Positions 20,177 through 29,031 of a stretch of DNA of 45,857 nucleotides are shown here, piece by piece. Where the stretch lies: the IMG/VR virus record IMGVR_UViG_3300028048_001412, positions 1-45,857 of that record. One strand, given 5' to 3'. Numbering within the stretch: position 1 is the first letter of the stretch; every line of letters starts with the position of its first letter. The position numbers and the translations under genes are program-made. This DNA is from a virus (Duplodnaviria > Heunggongvirae > Uroviricota > Caudoviricetes). Under the pieces are notes generated by a model that was not told the origin of the DNA, made no database searches, and saw nothing but the letters and a program-made list of their open reading frames with translations.

Positions 20177-21517
20177 TTACTGATCTATCAATGGGCTTCC
20201 AGTTGTTATATCTATAAATTGTGCTACAAATCTATATGCTGAAGTATTTGCTTCTTTTAATACCATAGGATCAATTAAATACCATCCTATTGCACATCCA
20301 CAACTTGCTAATGCATCTGCAGTATAGAAAGTTAAATTATACATACCGGATAAACTAATTAATTCATCTAAATCTTCTGATCTAGGTTTACTAATCAATT
20401 TCCAAACGGGAGTTGAATATAAATAATTTCCTTGATATTTAAGAGTTCTTGCTAACCATTCACCTATTCCATAATAAAGTAAATAAGGATTCATACCATC
20501 TACATATATATCATATTTAGATGTTGTATATGGGAGATATTCATAATCTCTATTTCCATCTTCGTCTTTATATGAAACGGATCTCATATATTCTTTCTTT
20601 TGTTGTTGATTTACACATATAAATATATTTTTTGCATTTGCTACTAATTGACTTAATACACTTCTTGGTAAACCTTCTATTGCTTTATTTATTTGATCTT
20701 TTAATTCAGAAGTAGGTTTTACTTTCTTTAAATCACTTTTGTTTTCTATATATGAAACCATATTCTTAACATAGGCTGCTAATTCTGCTTGTTGATAAGA
20801 ATTTATATCTTTAATCCACAATCCATTTGAACCAAAATGTTCTATTGAACCATCTATATATCTATCTGAATCAGCCATTTTTCCAGTTTCAGGATCTAAA
20901 TAATACCAATTATTATTTCCATCATCCCACCAACCTTTAATCATTTCACCGTTTTTACCAAATAAATACCAAGCATGACTGATAAATTTCCAACCAGTAG
21001 CCATATTTCCCATTTGATCTAAATAATATGTTTTTTCATTCCAAACAAGAAATCTATCTTTAAGTTTATTTCCTTGATAATCATAAAATACCCAATAACC
21101 AACTTCTCGTGTCCAATATCCTTGTTGATCTCCAGTTCCTTTATTAGCTTGTTCTATTGCTTGAGCTTCTAATGCTTGTTGTAATGCCTGTTGAGCTTGA
21201 AGTGCTTGAATTTGAGCTAATAATGCTTGATATTCTGCAGTTTTAGTTACATCTACTTTATTTTGAGAAGATTGTTTATTTGAATTATTAGTTGTCGTTG
21301 ATTTTTGATTTTCTTGTTTAGCAACTTCTTTAGTTTCTTCTTTAACTTCTTCTTGTTTTTTAGTAGTTTCTTCTACTTTCTTTTCTTCTTGTGCATTTTC
21401 AGTTTGAGTAGTAGAATCATCTACAGTAGTTACAGCTTTAATTTTAGCAAAACAAGGTAAAGAAAATATTAAACTAAATATTAAAGTATAAGTTGTAATT
21501 TTTTTTATCGTTTTCAT
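20177..21517 (-). CDS. Secreted protein with choline/glucan-binding-type repeats and a degenerate zincin (ATLF/PPEP-like) C-terminal domain
   Basis: Probable start MKTIKK at 21517 (GAGGT RBS). Signal peptide; YYLDQMGNMATGW / WYLFGKNGEMIKGW / WYYLDPETGKM repeats. C-terminus resembles ATLF-like peptidases but lacks HExxH. Confidence 0.8.
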   Translation of the reverse strand: MKTIKKITTYTLIFSLIFSLPCFAKIKAVTTVDDSTTQTENAQEEKKVEETTKKQEEVKEETKEVAKQENQKSTTTNNSNKQSSQNKVDVTKTAEYQALLAQIQALQAQQALQQALEAQAIEQANKGTGDQQGYWTREVGYWVFYDYQGNKLKDRFLVWNEKTYYLDQMGNMATGWKFISHAWYLFGKNGEMIKGWWDDGNNNWYYLDPETGKMADSDRYIDGSIEHFGSNGLWIKDINSYQQAELAAYVKNMVSYIENKSDLKKVKPTSELKDQINKAIEGLPRSVLSQLVANAKNIFICVNQQQKKEYMRSVSYKDEDGNRDYEYLPYTTSKYDIYVDGMNPYLLYYGIGEWLARTLKYQGNYLYSTPVWKLISKPRSEDLDELISLSGMYNLTFYTADALASCGCAIGWYLIDPMVLKEANTSAYRFVAQFIDITTGSPLIDQ

Positions 21518-21553
21518 ATAAAATAACCTCAAAATTCCTTTAATTATTTACAA

Positions 21554-21600
21554 TTGAACTACTATTGGTCTAAAGCCTAATAGTTTTACAGGCCTACGTT
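21554..21600 (-). mobile_element. 47-bp miniature IS200/IS605 relic (PATE-like) with a single hairpin
   Basis: Minus strand TTAT|AACGTAGGCCTGT-AAAA-CTATTAGGCTTTAGACCAATAG-TAGT-TCAA. The hairpin differs by one base from the left-end hairpin of the IS at 27243..28905. It has the same TTAT target and the same hairpin-4nt-TCAA spacing as that IS's right end. Confidence 0.75.
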
Positions 21601-21704
21601 ATAAAATAATCAGAAACTTTAATTTTAGGAAATTTAATTTTATATCTTGTTATTAAATCTGTTATATTTGTTTTATCTACTATGAAACTCATTATTCACC
21701 TCAT

Positions 21705-23009
21705 TTATGATTTAATTACTTTTCCTGACTTATTAAATTTAGCACCTTTATATCCATTAGTAGTATCAGCAGTTAAATAACCATCTCCATCAAATTCATA
21801 TAATCTATATTCTGCACCACTTGAAATTAATAAATATTCGTCTTGCGCAAATGTTACTTCCCATACACTTATTTCTTTTGTTCTTTCTTCTCCACCTGGA
21901 TCGCCCGTTGATGGATCCGGTTCTGTTAGAGGTAATTGTAATTCAATTGATGTTCTACTAGTACTTGTTATAAACCACCAATCTCCACCTTGACTTACCC
22001 ATTTTCTCTTTGGATTATCACCTTCGCTATATTTATAATACCAATTTACTCCATCTGTAAACCATTTATCTGATGTTCCACTTAAAGGATAAGTATTATT
22101 TATATCAAATGCTGAACTATATGATATTGAACCCTTTGATTTATATGAACCGCTTGCACTACCTGCTAATGCTTCTAAATCTGCCCATTTATATGTTGAA
22201 GTTGTATGTCCTGTATCTGGATCAGTTTCTTCATCCCAATCATCTGGATCATAATCACCATCTTCATCTATATCCCAAGAATCATCCTCATCATCACTAT
22301 CATCGTCATCTTCTGATGAATCTCCTTCTGCGCCAGATAAATAATCATTTTTAAAATCTGCTACATTATTAACTATATACATAAATGTTCTTTCTTCTGT
22401 CATTGATCCGCCAACTAATCCATGCATTGAAGTATAATTAAAATTTTTAACAGTAGAAGATTCATTAAGAGAATCTGATATTACAAATATTGGGCCTTCT
22501 GTTTCTACTTCTATAACCATTATTGGATTTGGATATTTAAAAGAATTTAATTTTGTACAAGCTTTTCCTCTACAAGGAGATTTCATAGAACAACCTCCTC
22601 CAGATGCTGTAAAAGGACCTACAGATCCGTGATTACTAGGAAAACTTACTGTAATGGTAGTAGTGGGAGAATTACAACTATGATTTTCACTAGTATTATT
22701 ACAATCTTTACTTGCTCCATCATGAGGTTCTATTAAGCTATGTGGTTCATATTCTCCTTGTACTTTTATATATCTTTGATCTGAAGTAGTATATGAACCA
22801 ATATTAGCATTAGAAAAAATCATTGCCCATTCATTTTCATATAAAACCATTTCTCTTTTTTCAAATGGTTTTACATCTTTCATTTTTACCCCTATTCCTT
22901 GAGGACCAGTGGAATATCCTCCTTTAACAGATGCAAAACAAGGATATGAAGCAAAAATAAATATTAAATTATATATACATAAAAACCATAGTAATTTTTT
23001 CAAAATCAA
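21705..23009 (-). CDS. Secreted protein with Cys-containing N-domain, acidic linker and C-terminal cell-wall-binding-like module
   Basis: Signal peptide (…ASYPCFA); WFTDGVNWYYKY / WVSQGGDWWF / YEFDGDGYL motifs. Confidence 0.8.
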   Translation of the reverse strand: MILKKLLWFLCIYNLIFIFASYPCFASVKGGYSTGPQGIGVKMKDVKPFEKREMVLYENEWAMIFSNANIGSYTTSDQRYIKVQGEYEPHSLIEPHDGASKDCNNTSENHSCNSPTTTITVSFPSNHGSVGPFTASGGGCSMKSPCRGKACTKLNSFKYPNPIMVIEVETEGPIFVISDSLNESSTVKNFNYTSMHGLVGGSMTEERTFMYIVNNVADFKNDYLSGAEGDSSEDDDDSDDEDDSWDIDEDGDYDPDDWDEETDPDTGHTTSTYKWADLEALAGSASGSYKSKGSISYSSAFDINNTYPLSGTSDKWFTDGVNWYYKYSEGDNPKRKWVSQGGDWWFITSTSRTSIELQLPLTEPDPSTGDPGGEERTKEISVWEVTFAQDEYLLISSGAEYRLYEFDGDGYLTADTTNGYKGAKFNKSGKVIKS

Positions 23010-23017
23010 AATCCTTT

Positions 23018-23257
23018 TTAAAGTGCAATTTGAGTAACGATCGCTTCTACTTTATAAATAGGCAACCAATTAGTTCCTCTAAAAAATATATAAGAAATAA
23101 TCCACATTAAAGCGATTAATATTAATACTAGTAATCCAATTACGTTTATTTCTATTAAAGGAGATGACCAAGGCATTACATAAGTTGTTATTCTAATTTT
23201 TATACTTAAAAATATAAATGTTATTATAATTATTCCTGCTGTCACTGGATAAATCAT
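23018..23257 (-). CDS. Small two-TM membrane protein
   Basis: AGGAG RBS; two hydrophobic segments; fits operon spacing. Confidence 0.65.
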   Translation of the reverse strand: MIYPVTAGIIIITFIFLSIKIRITTYVMPWSSPLIEINVIGLLVLILIALMWIISYIFFRGTNWLPIYKVEAIVTQIAL

Positions 23258-23266
23258 TTTAATCTC

Positions 23267-25099
23267 CTAAAATATATTATTTGTCGTTAAATTTAATAAA
23301 TATTTTTCTATATTTTTACATTGAATTATTGATTTATAATTTTTATCATTGTCATCTTCTTCATTTTTTATTATATCATCTTTAAAATTAGATAATAAAT
23401 ATTTATTTTCTATATTACTGTTTAAATATCTTTCATAATATTTACACATATCTTTATTTTTTAACCATCTTATATATTTAGGATTATCTATTTTATTATC
23501 ATGTTTTATCTCGTAAATATTAGTTTTTCCTTCTTTAGTTACTACTAAATCCCATTCCCCACCATTAACAGATCTTATTTGTTTAATATCCAATCCTAAA
23601 TTATAATTTTTATTTAAATATAAATACTTTTTAACTACTTCGTGTTCTAATTGTTCTCCATATACTTCTTGTTCTAATTTAGTTAATATAGAATCTTTTA
23701 ATTGTTCATCTAAATTATTAAAAGTATCATCTGATAATAAAGCCATTCTTAAAGTGTTATACATTTGATATCTTAATCCAGGTTGAGTAATTAAATCAGC
23801 TTCTTCTTCTTTATTTCCTTTTATTTTAGCATAAGTAGTTAAAACATGAATTTCTCTTAATAAATCTTTTATTCCTTTTAATTCTTCTTCAGATAAAGTA
23901 GATTTTTTAGAACTTACAAAATTAAAATAATAACAAAATATTGAATTTATATTATTTATATCTAATTTATCTTCAATATCCAAATAAATTAAATTTCCTT
24001 GATTATCTTTTACTTGTTTTATTTTATCTAAAATTGAACCTAATTCTTTTGGCGTAAATAATTCTGGTAATTTATCAGCTGTAATTCTATTATTAGTTTC
24101 TTGTAATATTTGTAATATGGCTTTTATAAGTTTATCTTTATTTTTAATATCATATAAAGGTTCATTTGTCTTTAATTTATTAAAAGAATTTATTATATTT
24201 AATGCTATTGAATCTTCTATATATTTATGAGAATTTAAATATAATTCATCTTTATCTAGAACTCCTCCATGTTTTATATAATAATCAAAATTAGATTCAG
24301 GATATAAATATTTATATTCTTGAAAATCAATAAAAGTAGTAGATATTCTTATTGATCTCCTATATAATTCATCATTTTCTACTATATCTAATATATAACT
24401 ATCTGTTCCTGCAATAACTATTTTCATTCCTTTTTTAACAAATACGTCACTCAAAGTACTTGCAACTAATTTAAAATCTTTTATATATGTTATTTCATCT
24501 ATGAAAATATATTTATATCCTAAATCTTGTAATTTTTTTATATCTTCTATTAAATCTTTTATATTATTGCTTTTGTCACAATATATAAATGCACATTTAG
24601 TATAATCTAGTTGAGTCATTGTGTGATACATTAATACTGTTTTACCTGTGGTTCTTAATCCATATAAAGTTAATATTTTTTTGAATTCATTTTCATCTTT
24701 ACAATATTTAACTATATCTTTTACTAATTTACGAGGCATGTATTGTTTATATTTATTTATATCTTTTAATAAATTTTCTCCTGTAGAAACATCACAATTA
24801 AATCCTTTTTCTTTATTTTTAGATTTTAAATGTTCTCGATATAATTTATTTAATTCCTCTGAATTTAATCCAGAACCATATATTATAGGAGTTTCTATAT
24901 TATCTATATAAAAGGTTTCACACAATGACTGTTTATGAGCATCTTTTAATCTTTTATGAAAATATTCCCATAAAGATTTAACATCTTTTTCAAATCTTTT
25001 GGAGGTGTCATCTTTAGAGATTATAATCTTATTAAAATAATAATCTTGAGGACATAATTCCCATTGATCTGTTCTCATTTTATAAGAATAAACTCTCAT
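23267..25099 (-). CDS. AAA ATPase (AAA_14-like) with C-terminal PD-(D/E)xK-like (DUF4143-type) domain and extra N-terminal extension
   Basis: Walker A GLRTTGKT, Walker B YIFIDE, IAGTDS, YIKHGG; C-terminal GEWDLVV...IYEIK; AAGGAGGT RBS. Confidence 0.85.
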   Translation of the reverse strand: MRVYSYKMRTDQWELCPQDYYFNKIIISKDDTSKRFEKDVKSLWEYFHKRLKDAHKQSLCETFYIDNIETPIIYGSGLNSEELNKLYREHLKSKNKEKGFNCDVSTGENLLKDINKYKQYMPRKLVKDIVKYCKDENEFKKILTLYGLRTTGKTVLMYHTMTQLDYTKCAFIYCDKSNNIKDLIEDIKKLQDLGYKYIFIDEITYIKDFKLVASTLSDVFVKKGMKIVIAGTDSYILDIVENDELYRRSIRISTTFIDFQEYKYLYPESNFDYYIKHGGVLDKDELYLNSHKYIEDSIALNIINSFNKLKTNEPLYDIKNKDKLIKAILQILQETNNRITADKLPELFTPKELGSILDKIKQVKDNQGNLIYLDIEDKLDINNINSIFCYYFNFVSSKKSTLSEEELKGIKDLLREIHVLTTYAKIKGNKEEEADLITQPGLRYQMYNTLRMALLSDDTFNNLDEQLKDSILTKLEQEVYGEQLEHEVVKKYLYLNKNYNLGLDIKQIRSVNGGEWDLVVTKEGKTNIYEIKHDNKIDNPKYIRWLKNKDMCKYYERYLNSNIENKYLLSNFKDDIIKNEEDDNDKNYKSIIQCKNIEKYLLNLTTNNIF

Positions 25100-25130
25100 T
25101 AGATTTTTTACCTCCTTTTATAAACTATAT

Positions 25131-25364
25131 TTATTTTTTCAAAAATTTTGGAAATGCGTATTTTGCAATTTGCATAGAAGATCTCATTTTTATTTTAGGT
25201 GCAATTTGTGGTATATCTACTCCTTCGGGTATATTTAATTCTCTTAAATTACACTGTAATTCACCCCATAAATTTTCTTGATTATCTTCTATTATATTTG
25301 ATAATTCTTTTATAAGAAATTGTCTAATTTTATTTAATTCTTGAGAAGTAAATTGATATTTCAT
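25131..25364 (-). CDS. Small hypothetical protein
   Basis: 77-aa ORF with AAGGAG RBS, directly after the upstream stop. Confidence 0.65.
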   Translation of the reverse strand: MKYQFTSQELNKIRQFLIKELSNIIEDNQENLWGELQCNLRELNIPEGVDIPQIAPKIKMRSSMQIAKYAFPKFLKK

Positions 25365-25366
25365 CT

Positions 25367-27181
25367 TTAATTATTCTCCTTTATATTTGGTAAATATTCT
25401 GTTTTCCATTTATTTCTAATTTTATTTATAAGTTCTGTTCTTGATTCATATTCTGAAACATATTTTTTACCTTGAGAATCACCAAAAGGAGATATAAATT
25501 GATTTTTTAATTGTTCCACTAAAGTCGTTTTTTGTTCTTTTGTTAAATTTTCATATGAAGCTATAGTAGATAAATCAGATTCTATCATTCTATATATTTC
25601 TTTATTTACATTATATATATCTTGATAAGACATTAACTTATCATTATATTGCCCACCATAATTTACAATTGAAATATCTACTTTATCTGTCCATTGCGCT
25701 AATCCATTCCATCCACCCATTAAGTTTTTCTTTAAATTATATCTTATCCAATCTCCCATGGAACAATTTTGAGGTAAAATTCCAGATTCTATATCTTTAT
25801 AATACTGTTGAGCAGCTTTACTTTGAGAGCTATATTTTGCGCTTTTCTCTTCATCTTCTTTAGTTTTCCAATTATATCTAATATTTTCTAATTCTTTTAA
25901 ATTTTTAAATCCATTTGCAGTTAACCATTGTTGAATATAATTTCTTTCATTGTCAAAAGATGCCCATATTTTATCATGAGAAATTTTTACTTGACTTAAA
26001 GAATAATTTTTGATATAATCTGAAGAATATGGTAAAGCAGTTTTTTGACCGGCTTTATTTTCAGATTTTGCATTTAATTCTGCATTTATTTGATTATTTA
26101 AATCTATTTGTTGTTGATCTGCTATTGCTTGAGCTTGTTGTCTTGCATATTCAGAAGCAATTTGAGCTTTTTCTCGTTTAATTTTTTCTTCTTCTTTTTT
26201 AATAGAATCATTTACATTAAATAAATAAGAAGAACCTAATTGATTTCCTAGATATTTAAGAACTGATAGATGATCTAAATTATAATTATCAGTGACCTTT
26301 ATTACTGCATTTTCTGGTAAAGTTACTTTTTGTTGTCCTGCTAATTGATATGCTATTATTCCATAATAAGATTTTGAACCTGAAGAATATCCTTTAACCC
26401 AAGTACATATTACTTTAGGACTTCCTTGGTTTAACATTAATTGATATTCATTCCATTGAGAAGTATGAACTAATCCTTGTTCTCCATACTCATCAGTTAT
26501 TAAAGTATAATTTCCTTGTGGAATTCCTGAAACTATATTTGCCAATCCATTATAACTTTCATATTCTTGATTATAAGCTGCATAAGTATTAGTAGAACCT
26601 ACAATATTAGGAACTGAAATAAGAGCTGCTAAACTAGCTACAGCAACTTTCTTCACAATATTTTTATTTTTCATCTTTAATTCCTCTTTCGTTTCCTTTG
26701 GCTTATATTGCCAAATTTTTTGTAAAGAATCATTAAGTGATACTTTTTCTTTACTATATATTATACCTTGTTTTTGAGGAGATTCTTGAGATTTTTTCTT
26801 ATTTTTTAATAAAGATAAATTAGGTTTAATATCATCAGAAATATTATTTAATTTTTCAACTTCTTGACCAAATTTCCAATTATTCTTTTTACAATATTTT
26901 TCAAAATCTTCAGTAGTTTTATCTAATAAAAGAATAAGTTGAGTATTTTGATTTAATTTAATAGATTGAATTCCTGGAGATAATTTAAGAAAAGATTTAT
27001 CATATTTCTTAAGAATATCTCTATAAGTAGAACTATTTAATTTTTTAACTTCTTGTAAATCAATTATCTTATTATTTTTTTGAGATAATGATCCGCAAAA
27101 TTCTTTAATAAATCTAGTTTTGTCTATATATTGTATATTTCCTGTTTTGTTATCATATAGAAATGTTAATGATGTCTTCAT
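25367..27181 (-). CDS. Fusion: shared N-terminal 'tag' domain + linker + secreted-type protein with its own internal RBS/ATG (26674) and signal peptide
   Basis: Probable start MKTSLTF at 27181 (AAGGA RBS). In-frame internal GAGGAATTAAAG-ATG gives MKNKNIVKKVAVASLAALISVPNIVGSTNTYAA. Confidence 0.8.
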   Translation of the reverse strand: MKTSLTFLYDNKTGNIQYIDKTRFIKEFCGSLSQKNNKIIDLQEVKKLNSSTYRDILKKYDKSFLKLSPGIQSIKLNQNTQLILLLDKTTEDFEKYCKKNNWKFGQEVEKLNNISDDIKPNLSLLKNKKKSQESPQKQGIIYSKEKVSLNDSLQKIWQYKPKETKEELKMKNKNIVKKVAVASLAALISVPNIVGSTNTYAAYNQEYESYNGLANIVSGIPQGNYTLITDEYGEQGLVHTSQWNEYQLMLNQGSPKVICTWVKGYSSGSKSYYGIIAYQLAGQQKVTLPENAVIKVTDNYNLDHLSVLKYLGNQLGSSYLFNVNDSIKKEEEKIKREKAQIASEYARQQAQAIADQQQIDLNNQINAELNAKSENKAGQKTALPYSSDYIKNYSLSQVKISHDKIWASFDNERNYIQQWLTANGFKNLKELENIRYNWKTKEDEEKSAKYSSQSKAAQQYYKDIESGILPQNCSMGDWIRYNLKKNLMGGWNGLAQWTDKVDISIVNYGGQYNDKLMSYQDIYNVNKEIYRMIESDLSTIASYENLTKEQKTTLVEQLKNQFISPFGDSQGKKYVSEYESRTELINKIRNKWKTEYLPNIKENN

Positions 27182-27277
27182 TTCTTTTGATTCCTTTTCT
27201 ATTATTTTACACATTTATATGTCATTGATTCTTTAACATTATTTGATATTCTATTCGTCTAAAGCTGAATAGATTCC

Positions 27278-28516
27278 TTATTCATCAATTCTACTTGCTA
27301 CTATTGGATTTCCTTTAGTAGTAGAGGTTGAATTTCCTAAGGCGTGAATTCCGGTATATCCTACCGTATTTTTATTTAAAATTTTTCTTCCTTCTTGCAA
27401 AATATTCTTTGCTGTATTTTTATCGCGATAAATTATTTCTCCACATTGAGGACATTTCCATTCTCTATCACTTAATGATAAATCTTCTTTCTTGTATCCA
27501 CAATGATTACATATCTTACTACTTGCAAAAAATCTATCTACTTTTATGATTTGATTTCCATTCCAGTTAGCTTTATATTCGAGCATATTTACAAATTTTG
27601 ACCAACTTGCACTTGATATACTTCTTGCTAATTTATGATTTTTAAGCATTCCTTTTATATTAAGATCCTCAATTACTATAACTTGATTTTCGTTTATTAA
27701 TTGAGTACTTAATTTTTGTAGGAAATCATTTCGCTGATTAGTAACTTTTTCAAACCCTTTTGCTAATTTTAATCTTGCTTTCTCTCTATTTGAATTTTTA
27801 GCATTTTCTGATTTATAGTATTGTTTTCTTGAAAACTGTCTTTGTAATTTCTTTAATTTTTTAGTTGCTTTTTCAAGAAATCTTGGATTATTAATTTCAT
27901 TACCATTACTGTCTGTTATAAATTGTTTTAAGCCTAAGTCTAAACCAACTAAACATCCTGCATTTTCTATTGGAGTATAATCAGTTTGATAACAAATACT
28001 TACCATGTATTTATCCGTTTTAGTATGTTCTACTGTTGCATTTAAGATAGACATTTCATCTCTTAATTTACCTTTGAATTTCACCAATCCTAATTTAGGC
28101 AAAACTAAAAATAACTTTTTTGTTTGTATATCTTCTACGAATCTTATTGTATCATTTTTATTATGAACATTTTGACATCTATAACTTTCTTTACTTTTCT
28201 TTTTACTATGAAATTTAGGAAAACCGCTTCTTTTTTCAAAAAAGTTTTTATATGCTTTGTCTAAATCTCTTTGTGCTTGTTGTAATGAAGTTGATTCCAT
28301 ATCTTGTAGCCAATCATATTCTTGTTTAGCTTTCAAATCATTAAGAAATTTGTTTATATCTTTTTGTTTTACTTTTTTACCTTGTTTAAAACTTAATTGT
28401 CTAAAATTTAAAGTTTGATTATAGACAAAGCGAGAGGAACCTATAAATTGATTTATAAGTTGTTTTTGTTCCTCTGTAGGATATATTCTAATTTTTAATC
28501 CTTTAGTAATTATCAA
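27278..28516 (-). CDS. tnpB: RNA-guided endonuclease TnpB
   Basis: KIRIYPTEEQ...SRFVYN N-terminal HTH, GFPKFHSKK, RuvC GLDLG / VIEDL / RDKNTAKNI, CNHC..CPQC zinc ribbon. Confidence 0.96.
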   Translation of the reverse strand: MIITKGLKIRIYPTEEQKQLINQFIGSSRFVYNQTLNFRQLSFKQGKKVKQKDINKFLNDLKAKQEYDWLQDMESTSLQQAQRDLDKAYKNFFEKRSGFPKFHSKKKSKESYRCQNVHNKNDTIRFVEDIQTKKLFLVLPKLGLVKFKGKLRDEMSILNATVEHTKTDKYMVSICYQTDYTPIENAGCLVGLDLGLKQFITDSNGNEINNPRFLEKATKKLKKLQRQFSRKQYYKSENAKNSNREKARLKLAKGFEKVTNQRNDFLQKLSTQLINENQVIVIEDLNIKGMLKNHKLARSISSASWSKFVNMLEYKANWNGNQIIKVDRFFASSKICNHCGYKKEDLSLSDREWKCPQCGEIIYRDKNTAKNILQEGRKILNKNTVGYTGIHALGNSTSTTKGNPIVASRIDE

Positions 28517-28860
28517 TTCCCTTGCTCCTCTATGTATTTTCTTAATGTTTCTTAACTTACATTACCAATACTTGAAATGAAATAACCACCTGCGAATAAA
28601 ACATGTTTGTTATTGTAATAGTATTTTGAAATTTCATTTGGTAATTCTTTACAAATATGATAAGTTATAAAAGATTTCATATTATTTACTATTTTACAAA
28701 ATTGATGCTTAGGTTTTAATTCAATCATATAGGGAATATGGTCTTTATCTGATTCCATAAAATGAATTTCAAAATCTTTCCTTTTGGCTATCTCTAAACT
28801 TAATTCTTTGACTCTTTTGTTAATTAATTCATTTTCTAAAACTTTATATCCATATTTGAC
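28513..28860 (-). pseudogene. tnpA: Degenerate Y1 (HUH) transposase
   Basis: Frame reads VKYGYKVLE...MESDKDHIPY...FAGGYFISSIGNVS*ETLRKYIEEQGN*. The N-terminus is missing, HUH is changed to H-I-P, and there is an in-frame TAA before the catalytic YIxxQ helix. Confidence 0.9.
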
Positions 28861-29031
28861 ACTGCATCTATTGGTCTAAAGCCCAATAGTTTTGCGTGTC
28901 AAGTTATAATTTATTAAAAGAAATCATTTGACATACTTTTTGTTTATCAATTATTTCTATTTTTCCTGTTTTTTCATTATATAAAATTGCTTGAGAATCA
29001 TTTATGACATTTTTCATCTTTGCGATTCCTT

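Larger units (their letters stand above)
27243..28905 (-). mobile_element. IS200/IS605-family element (tnpA pseudogene + tnpB), non-autonomous
   Basis: Left end follows TTAT, with guide AAAA + hairpin CTATTGGGCTTTAGACCAATAG. Right end is GAAT + hairpin CTATTCAGCTTTAGACGAATAG + AATA-TCAA. No target duplication. Removal restores the flanking ORF. Confidence 0.93.
27202..29017 (-). pseudogene. Short 'tag'-domain gene interrupted by the IS605 element (segments 29017-28906 and 27242-27202)
   Basis: Joining across the IS restores MKNVINDSQAILYNEKTGKIEIIDKQKVCQMISFNKL/YNVKESMTYKCVK*, collinear with MKDSQALIYNKDSGEIKIIDKSQICNLLKSFNIKESMTY of 29510..30439. AAGGA RBS present. Confidence 0.8.

Noticed and set aside
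28552-28758. Functional TnpA transposase
   Set aside because: N-terminus deleted, HUH motif mutated, and a stop before the catalytic tyrosine helix.
27243-28905. IStron (group I intron-IS fusion) that would splice out and restore the interrupted gene
   Set aside because: Only ~45 nt separate the left end from the tnpA remnant, leaving no room for an intron core.
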